Shown here: piece after piece, positions 17,337 to 26,552 of the stretch
Layout of the letters: each line of letters opens with the position of its first letter
Numbering within the stretch: the first letter of the stretch is position 1
Source: a virus
Taxonomy: Duplodnaviria > Caudoviricetes
Reading direction: 5' to 3' (one strand)
Length of the DNA stretch: 27,832 nt
IMG/VR virus record: IMGVR_UViG_3300033076_000149
Location: 1 to 27,832 of that record
Made by a program: the position numbers and the translations under genes
The notes under the pieces: generated by a model
Told to the model about the DNA's origin: nothing
What the model saw: the letters and a program-made list of their open reading frames with translations, nothing else
Databases searched by the model: none

Positions 17337-17559
17337 TATCCTTTTTCTCAATAATGTTCTTGAAGATAGCGTTGTTTAGATCAACAACATATTTGCTAAT
17401 TTCTTCTGGAGTCATTTTGTCAGCGTGATTTTTGGCAATTTCATGTGCCAAGCAGATGCCAGTAATACGCTGTTGAGAATAACCAAACCAGTTCTTTGTT
17501 CCAGAACCGGCTTGGTTAATCAGGTACGCAAGAAGATCATTCGCTGACTGTATCTGCAT
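17329..17559 (-). CDS. hypothetical protein
   Basis: 76 aa, overlapping both neighbours in operon orientation. Confidence 0.7.
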   Translation of the reverse strand: MQIQSANDLLAYLINQAGSGTKNWFGYSQQRITGICLAHEIAKNHADKMTPEEISKYVVDLNNAIFKNIIEKKDNG

Positions 17560-17698
17560 TTTTTGTTTTCTTTTCTTGTGGCTTTTCTTTTAGAACTACA
17601 GGATTAAACGGGTCATCACCATTGGCAAGGCATTTTTTAATTGCCTCATCAATGTCGGCGACATCATAAATCTTGCCGTTAGCGAATTGAACTTTCAT
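17537..17698 (-). CDS. hypothetical protein (53 aa)
   Basis: MKVQFANGKIYDVADIDEAIKKCL...; TAAGGA SD before ATG 17698. The track start at 17764 is probably too long. Confidence 0.65.
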   Translation of the reverse strand: MKVQFANGKIYDVADIDEAIKKCLANGDDPFNPVVLKEKPQEKKTKNADTVSE

Positions 17699-17706
17699 AA
17701 CAATCC

Positions 17707-18201
17707 TTAAGCGTTGTTCGACCAGCCGTACTGGTTGCCACGCGGATGGATTGTGAAAGTACATTTAGCTTCTGCGCCAGGAGCCGAATCAACGTCAAAT
17801 TGACCAACGCGACCATTGAAAGCGTAATAAACAATGTTAGAGCCTTCAGTTGCAGAGATAACAAATGTACGGTCAATAACGCCGCTGTAAGCATCACCGC
17901 GCATCAGCAGGAGATTGGCGTCACTAGGATTCCAAGCGGCTGTGATAGTCATGCTTGTAGGAGCAGCTTGCACCGGAATCTTGTCAGATTGACGCGAACC
18001 AGCAACCGAGAAGTTTGCGACTGCATCATCTTGACCAAATGCAGGGATAGCTTCAACTGGCAGCAGGTTATCTTCAACGGCAATCGCAGCAACGCTGGAA
18101 AGGGTTGAAAGAGCCGACACAGCAAGCGGAGTCGGTGTAGCTGTCGGTTGGCAATATAGTGCTGCGCTAAAACCTGGTAATACCTTATTTGGAAGTGCCA
18201 T
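17707..18201 (-). CDS. major tail (tube) protein
   Basis: 164 aa with strong SD TAAGGA; follows the terminator-like gene; YAFNGRV...APGAEAKCTFTI C-terminal strand pattern typical of siphovirus tube proteins. Confidence 0.75.
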   Translation of the reverse strand: MALPNKVLPGFSAALYCQPTATPTPLAVSALSTLSSVAAIAVEDNLLPVEAIPAFGQDDAVANFSVAGSRQSDKIPVQAAPTSMTITAAWNPSDANLLLMRGDAYSGVIDRTFVISATEGSNIVYYAFNGRVGQFDVDSAPGAEAKCTFTIHPRGNQYGWSNNA

Positions 18202-18238
18202 GATTATTCCTTAAAGAAAGTTGGTTAATTCTATCGTA

Positions 18239-18652
18239 TCAAGTCGGAATATCAAGAGTGCAATCAAGTATTATTTGCTGCAATCCTATCGTATTATCGT
18301 AAGTATTGTAAAGCCAATCAATATCGACTTTTGATACATAAATGCCAGTTACGCCGCCGAATTGACCGGAATAACCGTGTAGTTCCTGCAACAGCGTATT
18401 GGAAAGATTAAAAGCATCTTCCATTTGCTGTGCAAAAATTGATACTTGAAATACTGGCCTATCAATACCTTTTACGTTTTGATAAGGGCCAGTATAAACT
18501 GGCTGATGCACGTTGCGAAGCTGCCAAGTTACAAACTTTGGTTGCGTAGCAAAGTTGCGGTTAAAGTTTGCATATACAGGAACCGGCGAAAATACTGTTG
18601 TAAGCTGCGCCTGTATAGCTTTAGCGTAATCAACTGGATTATTCTGGCTCAT
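18239..18652 (-). CDS. tail terminator-like protein
   Basis: PVY...PKFVTW...FQVSIFA...LHGY pattern; ATGA-coupled to the head closure gene; lies before the tube gene. Confidence 0.7.
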   Translation of the reverse strand: MSQNNPVDYAKAIQAQLTTVFSPVPVYANFNRNFATQPKFVTWQLRNVHQPVYTGPYQNVKGIDRPVFQVSIFAQQMEDAFNLSNTLLQELHGYSGQFGGVTGIYVSKVDIDWLYNTYDNTIGLQQIILDCTLDIPT

Positions 18653-18996
18653 ACTGGCGATACCGGATCGTTGCGATAGCAAAGAAGAATTACATTCATT
18701 CTATCATTGGTTTCTCTTACATCTGTAATACGCCATTCATTGCCGCGCCATGTGATCGAATATAGTTCCTGGCGATCAACAATCTGCTTCATGTTTGGCG
18801 TGTAATTAAACGTGAAATCAACCAAATCAGAATACACTCTATAGCGTTCAGAAATGCGAACACTATTAGCCACATCAGCAACCCTAGCCCTAGTAGCAAA
18901 CCAATAATTGATGCTAGTGGTTTGCTCCCCCAGATCATTAATTGAGTGGGCAAGGGTATTGACATCGACATTTTCATAACGTGCAATAGCCATCAC
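18649..18996 (-). CDS. head closure / head-tail adaptor protein
   Basis: 115 aa; NDLGEQ...W and ITWRGNEWRITDV motifs of SPP1 gp16-like proteins. Confidence 0.8.
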   Translation of the reverse strand: MMAIARYENVDVNTLAHSINDLGEQTTSINYWFATRARVADVANSVRISERYRVYSDLVDFTFNYTPNMKQIVDRQELYSITWRGNEWRITDVRETNDRMNVILLCYRNDPVSPV

Positions 18997-19643
18997 ATCA
19001 CCAAAGGTTTGTATGGGCGAAGCAATTGAGCAACGCCAAACGGAATCTCATGCAAGATATTTGATGTTGTATTACTGCGATTATTATAAATATGCGTCAG
19101 AAGCATCAATCCAGCTTGTTTAACAACTGGATATTGAGCAATGAAACTAGGATTAGTTGAATAAATTACTTCAACCGGATTAGCCATTGTTGGGTTGGCA
19201 ATGTTTGGAAAGCTTGTGATAACTACGCGGTTTCCCGTTTGATCGTAGAAATAATCAGAAGTTGACAGAACATTGCGAACCGGATCAGGGTCGGTTGTGT
19301 AATATGCGACTTCATCAATTGTAATACCCGCTTCGCTTACTTCTGGCAAATCAAGTGCGACATCGGTATTGAAGCTGTTGACCTGACCATAGTAGCAACG
19401 ATAAGTTACAGGGAAAATGGTCAGGCCAAGATAATCTTCAATAGCCATTCGTGTAGCTAGTTCAATGCTTGATAAATATGCGTCTTGGCTTTCGTCAAGA
19501 AACAGATTTAGTTGCTGCGTAATTTCCTCAAGGGTCAGCCAATTGGTGACAATGTCACGATCAATCTGTTCAATTTTTTCATAATTGAACGGATTGCGGT
19601 TTGCCCCGTAAAACGGGGTAACTCCATTAGTTGCGGCTGGCAT
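18993..19643 (-). CDS. head-tail connector (HK97 gp6-like)
   Basis: LTLEEITQQL...D.YL...A...IEDYLG and VKQAGLMLLTHIYNNR...IPFGVAQLLRPYK motifs. Confidence 0.9.
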   Translation of the reverse strand: MPAATNGVTPFYGANRNPFNYEKIEQIDRDIVTNWLTLEEITQQLNLFLDESQDAYLSSIELATRMAIEDYLGLTIFPVTYRCYYGQVNSFNTDVALDLPEVSEAGITIDEVAYYTTDPDPVRNVLSTSDYFYDQTGNRVVITSFPNIANPTMANPVEVIYSTNPSFIAQYPVVKQAGLMLLTHIYNNRSNTTSNILHEIPFGVAQLLRPYKPLVM

Positions 19644-19653
19644 CTTTTAGTCC

Positions 19654-20676
19654 TTAAGCAGCAGAGGCACGAACACCCGCAAACGGGTCACGAACTGTCG
19701 ATGCAACGCGCTTTTCAGCATACATTGTGATGTAGCCTGGAGCGGTTTGCTCAAACATTTGCACGCTGATTTCTTCAATATCTGCAATTGTAAGGAACCG
19801 ACTCCAATTAGCAAGATAGATTGGGAAAGTATCTGTCATGTATGAGTTAGGAATGACAGGCCAACCGAAGATCGAACCGACTGCGCCGCCTTCACCTGGC
19901 TCACCAAGTTCTAGGAACAATGGCAGACCGGCTGTATCTTTAAGCTGACGAAGCGTTTGAATCATTGTTGGTGTCATATGCCAAGCTGTGCCTGGAAGCG
20001 ACCAGTATTGCGCTGGCAATGCGTTAGCAATATCAACAATCTTTGCATACGTTACAGCAACACCACCAAGCGATACGGTTGCCAGCGTATGGCGACCATT
20101 TGTAATTGCTGTGCCGCTTGTGCCATAGGCAGCAGATGCGCCGCTAGGGTACGAATCAAGACCGCGTAAACCATCAACGCCGCCTGTAGAAGTAGTTGTC
20201 GTGCCAACCTGGTCGTTGTTAGCAGCCATTGAAGCGCCTTCTTGCTGGCTAAACTCAAGCATCAAATCTTCAACAAGAGTTGATTCAAGACCATTAATGT
20301 CTTCAAGAGCGGCAATACGAACTGGAAGCTGTGCAGATACTACGCGAGTCGGCAGCACCCAAGTTGAAGTTGCTGTATTAGGAGTGCCGGAGTTGGCTGT
20401 AAATGTGTAGCCCCAAGGGTTTGTTTGATTTGTAGCGTTACCTGTCTTGGCTACAAACTGCACAGCAGATGAGCCAGGGGCAGCGATTTGGCGCGAACCC
20501 ATACGGAAAGGGTTAGCATAACGAAGTGCAGCAAAAGCATCATCAAAATGAGTACGACCACCGATGCCCAGGCCGGAACCAGTAATAGCTGATGCTTCGC
20601 GCAAGTCAATAGTTACTTTGCGGCTTTCATTGAAGGCTTGTTTAATGCCTTCCAAAATCTTTTGAGTTGCACTCAT
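19654..20676 (-). CDS. second HK97-fold capsid protein (paralogue with short N-terminal leader)
   Basis: 340 aa, alignable by eye to 20740..22086 throughout (EASAITGSG.G.GGRT, ANP.R, AKTGNA, EFSQ.E..SM..NNDQ, GLRGL..Y, LP.QYW, QT.PGYIT...EKR.A..V.DPF); own SD AAGGA. Confidence 0.9.
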   Translation of the reverse strand: MSATQKILEGIKQAFNESRKVTIDLREASAITGSGLGIGGRTHFDDAFAALRYANPFRMGSRQIAAPGSSAVQFVAKTGNATNQTNPWGYTFTANSGTPNTATSTWVLPTRVVSAQLPVRIAALEDINGLESTLVEDLMLEFSQQEGASMAANNDQVGTTTTSTGGVDGLRGLDSYPSGASAAYGTSGTAITNGRHTLATVSLGGVAVTYAKIVDIANALPAQYWSLPGTAWHMTPTMIQTLRQLKDTAGLPLFLELGEPGEGGAVGSIFGWPVIPNSYMTDTFPIYLANWSRFLTIADIEEISVQMFEQTAPGYITMYAEKRVASTVRDPFAGVRASAA

Positions 20677-20702
20677 TTGGATGTCCTTTTTATTGAACCG
20701 TT

Positions 20703-20731
20703 AAAAGGGGTCAGCTTTTGACCGACCCCTT
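20703..20731 (-). terminator. probable intrinsic terminator between the two capsid genes
   Basis: GGGGUCGG-UCAAAAG-CUGACCCC followed by UUUU, just after the first capsid stop. Confidence 0.75.
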
Positions 20732-20739
20732 CCCACTAC

Positions 20740-22086
20740 TTACGCTGCGTTGGCTGTACCAGTCGAGCGATAACGGATGATGCTGAACGGATCAACAACC
20801 GAAGTTGCCAGACGCTTTTCACCAAAGAAGGTGATGTAACCTGGCAGGGTTTGGTCGTAACGGCGCAGAACCATGTTCAGACGGTCAACGATGGTGTGAC
20901 CACGCTTCCAGTCACCAAAGTACATTGGGAACAGGTTAGCTTTGTCAACGCCAGCATACGATGGAGTGTCCAGATACTTATTGACAACAACATCAAAGCC
21001 AAGCAGACGACCAACGATGCCATCGGTTTCCAGCGGAGCCATACGCTCGAATACTGGAGTACCGTTGTCATCAACCAGACCACGGATTTGCGACAGGAAT
21101 ACAGGGTTGACTACGAATTTAGCCGAGTCAGTCCAGTATTGTTGTGGCAGCGAGTAAACGAAATTAACGATGTCTTTGTAAGTCACGTTAGCTGCGCCAG
21201 CTACATTGCCGTTGGTTGTAGTTTGGTCATACGTTGCGATGCTTGCCAGACCCGAAGTAGAACCAGTACCCGAAGTACCGAAAGCTGCTGTCGAGATCGT
21301 GCCGCCTGTGTAGCTACCGTTAGAGCCAGCGTACTGGTTCAGACCGCGCAGACCGTTTGTGCCGCCGTAGGTTGTGCCAGGCACGCCCGAATCGGTTTGG
21401 TCGTTATTCTGAATCATCGACTGTGCTTCAACTTGCGAGAATTCTGCAAGCATATCGTCAACTACGTTAGCTTCCAGGCCGTCAATATCGTCCAGAGCAG
21501 CAGTACGAATTGGGAACTGTACGTTCAGATCTTGCAGCGTCAGTTGCCAAATGTTAGTTGCTTCAGTCGTTGCCGAACCGTTGTTCTGGATGGCATAGCC
21601 CCAAGTTGCACCAGCGTTGCCGGTCTTGGCGCGGAACTGATAAGTCGAACCGTCAGTTGCAACAGTACGCGATACGCCGCGCATTGGGTTAGCAAGACGC
21701 AGAGCATGGAATACAGGATCGTAAGCAGTACGACCACCAACGCCAGCACCCGAACCTGTCAGAGCCGAGGCTTCTTTCAGATATGCGTCATACTGGTCAG
21801 CCGATTCAAACATCTTCAGCTCTTTTTCAACTTTACCGTTGTTACGGAAGTCAGCCAGTTGTTCTTTAACCATCTTGTTGACATCGCCGCGAACAGTCTT
21901 TTCTGGCTTGATGAAAGCAGGAGCAGCCTTAACTTCAGCAACTTTAGCTTCCAGAGCAGCAAACTTTTCGATCAGTTCAGCTTTGGTTTCTTCAACTTTG
22001 GTTTCAGCAGCAACAACAGCTTCAGAAATCTTGGCTTCGTTAGAAGCGGCGATTTCGTCCAGCTTTTCAAAAATCTTTTCAGACAT
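20740..22086 (-). CDS. major capsid protein, HK97 family, with N-terminal delta (scaffold) domain
   Basis: 448 aa after the protease; about 105-aa Glu/Lys/Ala coiled-coil leader; RLLGFDVV, YFGDW and FFGEKR motifs; strongly C-ending codon bias. Confidence 0.95.
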   Translation of the reverse strand: MSEKIFEKLDEIAASNEAKISEAVVAAETKVEETKAELIEKFAALEAKVAEVKAAPAFIKPEKTVRGDVNKMVKEQLADFRNNGKVEKELKMFESADQYDAYLKEASALTGSGAGVGGRTAYDPVFHALRLANPMRGVSRTVATDGSTYQFRAKTGNAGATWGYAIQNNGSATTEATNIWQLTLQDLNVQFPIRTAALDDIDGLEANVVDDMLAEFSQVEAQSMIQNNDQTDSGVPGTTYGGTNGLRGLNQYAGSNGSYTGGTISTAAFGTSGTGSTSGLASIATYDQTTTNGNVAGAANVTYKDIVNFVYSLPQQYWTDSAKFVVNPVFLSQIRGLVDDNGTPVFERMAPLETDGIVGRLLGFDVVVNKYLDTPSYAGVDKANLFPMYFGDWKRGHTIVDRLNMVLRRYDQTLPGYITFFGEKRLATSVVDPFSIIRYRSTGTANAA

Positions 22087-22088
22087 AG

Positions 22089-22874
22089 TTATTCCTTTAC
22101 ATAGAGAGAAAGTTTTTTCAGCATCTCGCGGGTATTGAATTCCTCAAGAATACTGGCTTCGTCCACCGCATCCGTATCACGCGGAGTGGGAACATTCTCA
22201 ATAACCGGCTGGCTCACCTCACGCGATTCCAATAGTTTCTTGAGAATTGAAGATGCGGTGGTTGCATCTTTACGCGAAAGACCTGCTTCACGCAGAACCT
22301 TCTCGATTAGTCGCGGATTTGGCTGACCTTCCGCATCAAAACATTCCAGCTTCATAACTTCTGCGGCTGGATTGTTTGGGTACATAACAACGCTAACTTC
22401 ACGCAAACCGCCTTTGGTAATGCGGAAATATGCTTCATCGCTATCATCTGGTTCGCCATTGGCATCAACCATTGCAGCTTCTTCAGCGTAAGCGCCAACA
22501 GAAACGCCACCAAATAGGTTAGGCGATTCTTTAAGAACTGTATAAAGATCGGAACCGGCAACTGTATTAAGATACAAGCGACCATTAGCGGACATACCAT
22601 CTTCATCAAATGTGAATTCAGTCCATTCGCCAACCGGCATACCCATATCGTTATGATTTAGGAACATCGGCAGAGGTTTGTCAGCAGCGGCAAATTCTGT
22701 TGCCCATTGTGCAAAACCTTCTGGTGTGTAATTAAATTTACGACCATCAGCGCCTTCGCGTGCGCCCCATGTAGTTACACGGGCTTCAATCTTCCCGCTG
22801 TTTGCTTGGTCGCCCTCGTTTGCGTTTTGCGCCATTTGAATTTTGGCTTCGCAAATTAGCGTCAGATTTTTCAT
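22089..22874 (-). CDS. prohead maturation protease, HK97 family
   Basis: PMFLNH...PVGEW, GVSVG (catalytic Ser) and LREVSVVMYPNNPAA motifs. Confidence 0.95.
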   Translation of the reverse strand: MKNLTLICEAKIQMAQNANEGDQANSGKIEARVTTWGAREGADGRKFNYTPEGFAQWATEFAAADKPLPMFLNHNDMGMPVGEWTEFTFDEDGMSANGRLYLNTVAGSDLYTVLKESPNLFGGVSVGAYAEEAAMVDANGEPDDSDEAYFRITKGGLREVSVVMYPNNPAAEVMKLECFDAEGQPNPRLIEKVLREAGLSRKDATTASSILKKLLESREVSQPVIENVPTPRDTDAVDEASILEEFNTREMLKKLSLYVKE

Positions 22875-23007
22875 TGATTACCCCGTTAGTAATTGCTAAA
22901 TTCATATCGTGTATTTTTGGGGATAATGTTGACTTTGTTGGAATCTTAACATTATCTTTATGCACTTGTGAATAAAGTGCCATAACATATTTTTTCAGAT
23001 TGTTCAT
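22786..23007 (-). CDS. small basic protein with C-terminal AT-hook motif
   Basis: 73 aa, ATGA-coupled to the portal stop; fills the portal-protease gap and ends KRKRGRPSK inside the protease 5' end. Confidence 0.6.
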   Translation of the reverse strand: MNNLKKYVMALYSQVHKDNVKIPTKSTLSPKIHDMNLAITNGVINEKSDANLRSQNSNGAKRKRGRPSKQRED

Positions 23008-24404
23008 TTAGTACCAATGTTCATCTTGTTTTTTTGCTGACCACCACCGCCACCTGTGTCTTGTGGAGATGATTTTGGCAATGGATCGGTAACTTTAGAA
23101 TCCGCTTTCAATTCGTCAGCACCTTCCAATTGCGGCATATTAATATACTCACGCGCCTCATTTGGCGTAAGAATACCAGCATTTACGCCAGCTACAACAA
23201 GATTCATTTGGTCAATTGGTGCGCCCTTCAAGAAATCTTTGGTATCAAAGCGCACGCAAAGATTAGGGAAACCACGGAACAATTGAGAGTTTAACTTTTG
23301 CTCAAGGTTTACAACCATTGGATACATGGTTGCCTTGTAGAACTCATCCATCATGGTTTGAGTGTTATTGTATTTTTGATCTGCAATACCGATCATTGCC
23401 GGTGGAACGCCAAATAGACCACAAATACGCTTCATGGTTTGGTTCTTAAGTTCGCGGCAATCCGCATCTTGCAGGGTAAGCATTTCCAGCTTTTCGTATT
23501 TCATGCCCTGGTCAAGAAGCATACCTTGACCTGGCTTGCTTTGATCTTGCTGGCGCGAGCCGGTCATATTTGCCCATGCTTCTTTAAGGCGCGATGCAAC
23601 TTCTTTGTATTTTGCGTCAGGAATAACCTGATCGGTTACAAACATACCAGACGGTTTTGCACCGTTTTGCATGATGAAGTTAGCGTAAAGATCAATGTCT
23701 TGATCCAGGGCAACCAGTTCAGTAGCCAAAATACCTTTGTTGAAACCGGCAGCGCCCTGCCAAGCGGCTTCAGAAACGTGCATTACCTGATGCGCTGCAA
23801 GTGGCTCATCTTTGTTAAAACCATAAGATGGCGTTGAAAGCTGATAGGCTGGATAGCGTGTTGGCGTTAGGCGAACCGTAATCAGCGTTGCGTCAAGGTT
23901 ATATGCTTCCGTTGGGGTCTGCATAGAATCTTCTTGATTCTTGCGCCACCAAAGCGTAAATGTTTCGCCAGCCAGGTCTTGCCACATTGACCATTGATAC
24001 CAAAACTCATACTGGCTTTGGAAATTGTTTGGTTGCGTTAGCAGATTTAGAACTTGCTTGGCTTTTGCCTTTTCACGGGTTGTTACTTTGTCAGATTGTA
24101 GCGCATCAACAAATGTGCCGTCATCCATCTTAACCATGATTTTGATAGGCAATTGGGCAAGCGCTCGTGCCTTAACACCAACGCAAGCCATAACTGTGCT
24201 GTTGCGCGACAGGGTAGAGATGTCAACAGTACGACCAGCATCAGTAACACTAGAAGTGGTTACATAAAGAAGCTGTTGGCTTACTGTTTGCTTACCGCTT
24301 TGCCCCTGATAAACGATGTTGTTACCAAGTTGCGTTTGCCCAAAAAGGGTATTCGATTCAGCAACAGCCGTCTTTTTGCCTTTGAAAATGTCCAGAATAC
24401 CCAT
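23004..24404 (-). CDS. portal protein, HK97 family
   Basis: VMACV...A..LAQLP, LL..PN.FQS.YEF, NGAKPSG, ICGLFGVPP and GILTPNEARE motifs. Confidence 0.96.
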   Translation of the reverse strand: MGILDIFKGKKTAVAESNTLFGQTQLGNNIVYQGQSGKQTVSQQLLYVTTSSVTDAGRTVDISTLSRNSTVMACVGVKARALAQLPIKIMVKMDDGTFVDALQSDKVTTREKAKAKQVLNLLTQPNNFQSQYEFWYQWSMWQDLAGETFTLWWRKNQEDSMQTPTEAYNLDATLITVRLTPTRYPAYQLSTPSYGFNKDEPLAAHQVMHVSEAAWQGAAGFNKGILATELVALDQDIDLYANFIMQNGAKPSGMFVTDQVIPDAKYKEVASRLKEAWANMTGSRQQDQSKPGQGMLLDQGMKYEKLEMLTLQDADCRELKNQTMKRICGLFGVPPAMIGIADQKYNNTQTMMDEFYKATMYPMVVNLEQKLNSQLFRGFPNLCVRFDTKDFLKGAPIDQMNLVVAGVNAGILTPNEAREYINMPQLEGADELKADSKVTDPLPKSSPQDTGGGGGQQKNKMNIGTK

Positions 24405-24414
24405 GTTTTAATCC

Positions 24415-26085
24415 TTAAAAACTTCTAAATCCAAAACTGCTGTTGGTATATGGATTATCTAAACTGCAATGTGCAGCAATAATCATCGCAATAATACCAT
24501 CAACTTTCGCTGCTTTATCAGCTTCATTTTTGCGAACTTTGATGTTGCCATTTACATCTTCATATACTTCGCAGTTGCTCAATTGCCACCCAACAAATGG
24601 GTTGCCATCGTGTTTTATCTGTTTATTTAAGATCAGTTTTTCAACGTATTTGGAGGGATTAGATAACACCGCCATTCCCTGCCCCACCTTTTTAACAGGT
24701 ATTCCCGCTTCATGCAAGCGTGCGACAAGGCTTGCAGCGTTATAAGCATCATAACCAACTTCTTTAACTTCATAAATTCCACATTGTTGTTTAATAAAGT
24801 CAGAAATCTCGCGGTCATCCATGACATTGCCTTCAGTCAGCTTCAATATGCCAGATTGAACGGCATTACGGAAGATGTCCTGGTAATGTTTAGGAATTAA
24901 ATCATATCCTGCTTCTGGCAAGAAGAATTGCCATTCGGCTTCATAGTCCAATTCTCCATACCGCTTGAGCGTACATACGGCGTTAAGGTCGCGGGTAGCG
25001 GCAAGGTCGAACCCAATAAATACCGATTCTGGTTCTTCTGGGCGAGTTTCATCAATGATGCAAACGGGGTCATCCCAATAACTCCGGTCAAGCCAAGCTG
25101 AATTGGCACTAACAAAAATGTTAAGCGTCTTACAAAGAAACTCATTAAGAGCGGCTGGCTTGTGTTTTGCTTCTTCTGCACGTTGCGCAATAGCTTCATC
25201 AAACACAGAAATGCCGTGCATTGGGTTAGCTTTTGCCCAGGTTGCAGGATCGCGCCAATCGTCTTGCGAATCCAAACCATATAATAGACCAAACCAACGC
25301 GGATTGTCTGTAGCTTCGCCATGTAACATTGATTGATACATGGACAAATCTTCATAAAACTTGGTGTCTTTACTGAAACTGGCGGTTGTAATGTAAATAC
25401 GCAGCGGATTCTTACGCGCCACCATGCCGGAGTGCAGCACTTCAATAGAGTTGCGGTCAACAATAGCAGCAGCTTCGTCAACGATTACGCAAGACGGGTT
25501 TTTACCATCGCCCGTCTTTTTGGTGTCGCGGCTTAATGCCTTAAACATTGATTGCGAATCACCTGCTTTTTTGATCTCATATTTGCTCACATTAAAAACA
25601 GATGAAAAATCGAGTTCCATGTATTCAATAAAACCTTTGGCAGCATCGAATACAATGGTTGCTTGTTCGCGGTTGGTTGCTAAAGTAAATACTTCTGCAC
25701 CAGATTCTCCGCAAATTAATTCATAAAGTGCGATTGCAGCGGTTAAAGTAGATTTACCAGCTTTGCGCGGAATGAATAATATAACATCCGTAACCATCCT
25801 TCTCTCATGGTCTTTTTTTGACCGAAAACCATAAACAGCGCAAAGAAATAAAATTTGAAAAGGCTCAAGCGTTACAGGTTGTCCGGCTTGCGGCCCTTTG
25901 GTATGACGTAATTGAGATACAAAATCTAAAAAATGCTGGACGTAATCAGGGTCAAAATAGTAAGCCCATTCTTTATTTTCAAATTGATTTATAAATCTTT
26001 GGCAAGCCAAACGAACATCGTTACAGACGTTAATTTCACCCTTTGATATTTCTATAGCGTATCTTACGCCATCCTCCCAATTCAT
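24415..26085 (-). CDS. terL: terminase large subunit
   Basis: LEPFQ, Walker A PRKAGKST, Walker B VIVDE, ITTA coupling motif, IGFDLA nuclease and KVDGIIA motifs. Confidence 0.97.
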   Translation of the reverse strand: MNWEDGVRYAIEISKGEINVCNDVRLACQRFINQFENKEWAYYFDPDYVQHFLDFVSQLRHTKGPQAGQPVTLEPFQILFLCAVYGFRSKKDHERRMVTDVILFIPRKAGKSTLTAAIALYELICGESGAEVFTLATNREQATIVFDAAKGFIEYMELDFSSVFNVSKYEIKKAGDSQSMFKALSRDTKKTGDGKNPSCVIVDEAAAIVDRNSIEVLHSGMVARKNPLRIYITTASFSKDTKFYEDLSMYQSMLHGEATDNPRWFGLLYGLDSQDDWRDPATWAKANPMHGISVFDEAIAQRAEEAKHKPAALNEFLCKTLNIFVSANSAWLDRSYWDDPVCIIDETRPEEPESVFIGFDLAATRDLNAVCTLKRYGELDYEAEWQFFLPEAGYDLIPKHYQDIFRNAVQSGILKLTEGNVMDDREISDFIKQQCGIYEVKEVGYDAYNAASLVARLHEAGIPVKKVGQGMAVLSNPSKYVEKLILNKQIKHDGNPFVGWQLSNCEVYEDVNGNIKVRKNEADKAAKVDGIIAMIIAAHCSLDNPYTNSSFGFRSF

Positions 26086-26552
26086 CCTTTAGCGCCCTTC
26101 AAGAATTTATTAACTGGCGTATGCTCACCGACCCCGCTACTTGTTAAACGATTGCGCGGAGTCAATCCCAATTCGCCCATAATCTTAAATGCGTTTTTCA
26201 TAGCTTCATTAGCAATTGCAATAAACGGATTTGGCGCAAGCGTTTTTCCGTTGTTGATCTTAATAACCATTGGATGCTTGTCTTTTTGAATGGTTGCCTG
26301 GATATACATATCCATTTGGTCAGCCAGCATCCACAATGCGTGTTGATCTTGCGCGGTTCCAATGCCATAGGCATCAAACAAATAATCAGCAGTTTCCTGC
26401 ACAAATTTTTCTTTGCTGAAATGATCTGGATTGGATGACCAATAGGCAATTGGAATCCGTTTTTTTACTTGTTCCGGTAATTGAATCCCTTGATTTTGAC
26501 CTTTTGTGCCTTTAATCAAATGGATTTCCGGTGGCAATTTTGCATTAGGCAT
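26082..26552 (-). CDS. terS: terminase small subunit (P27-like)
   Basis: P.EIHLIKGT start and NPFIAI...ELGLTPRNR end; ATGA-coupled to terL. Confidence 0.9.
   Translation of the reverse strand: MPNAKLPPEIHLIKGTKGQNQGIQLPEQVKKRIPIAYWSSNPDHFSKEKFVQETADYLFDAYGIGTAQDQHALWMLADQMDMYIQATIQKDKHPMVIKINNGKTLAPNPFIAIANEAMKNAFKIMGELGLTPRNRLTSSGVGEHTPVNKFLKGAKG

Noticed and set aside
20677-20742. The two capsid genes are in the same frame, suggesting a read-through fusion
   Set aside because: A second in-frame TAA lies in the 63-nt spacer, and copy 2 has its own SD.
20851-22104. 417-aa plus-strand ORF antisense to the major capsid gene
   Set aside because: Codon-aligned shadow of a highly biased gene that avoids TTA/CTA/TCA; no recognisable motifs or convincing start.
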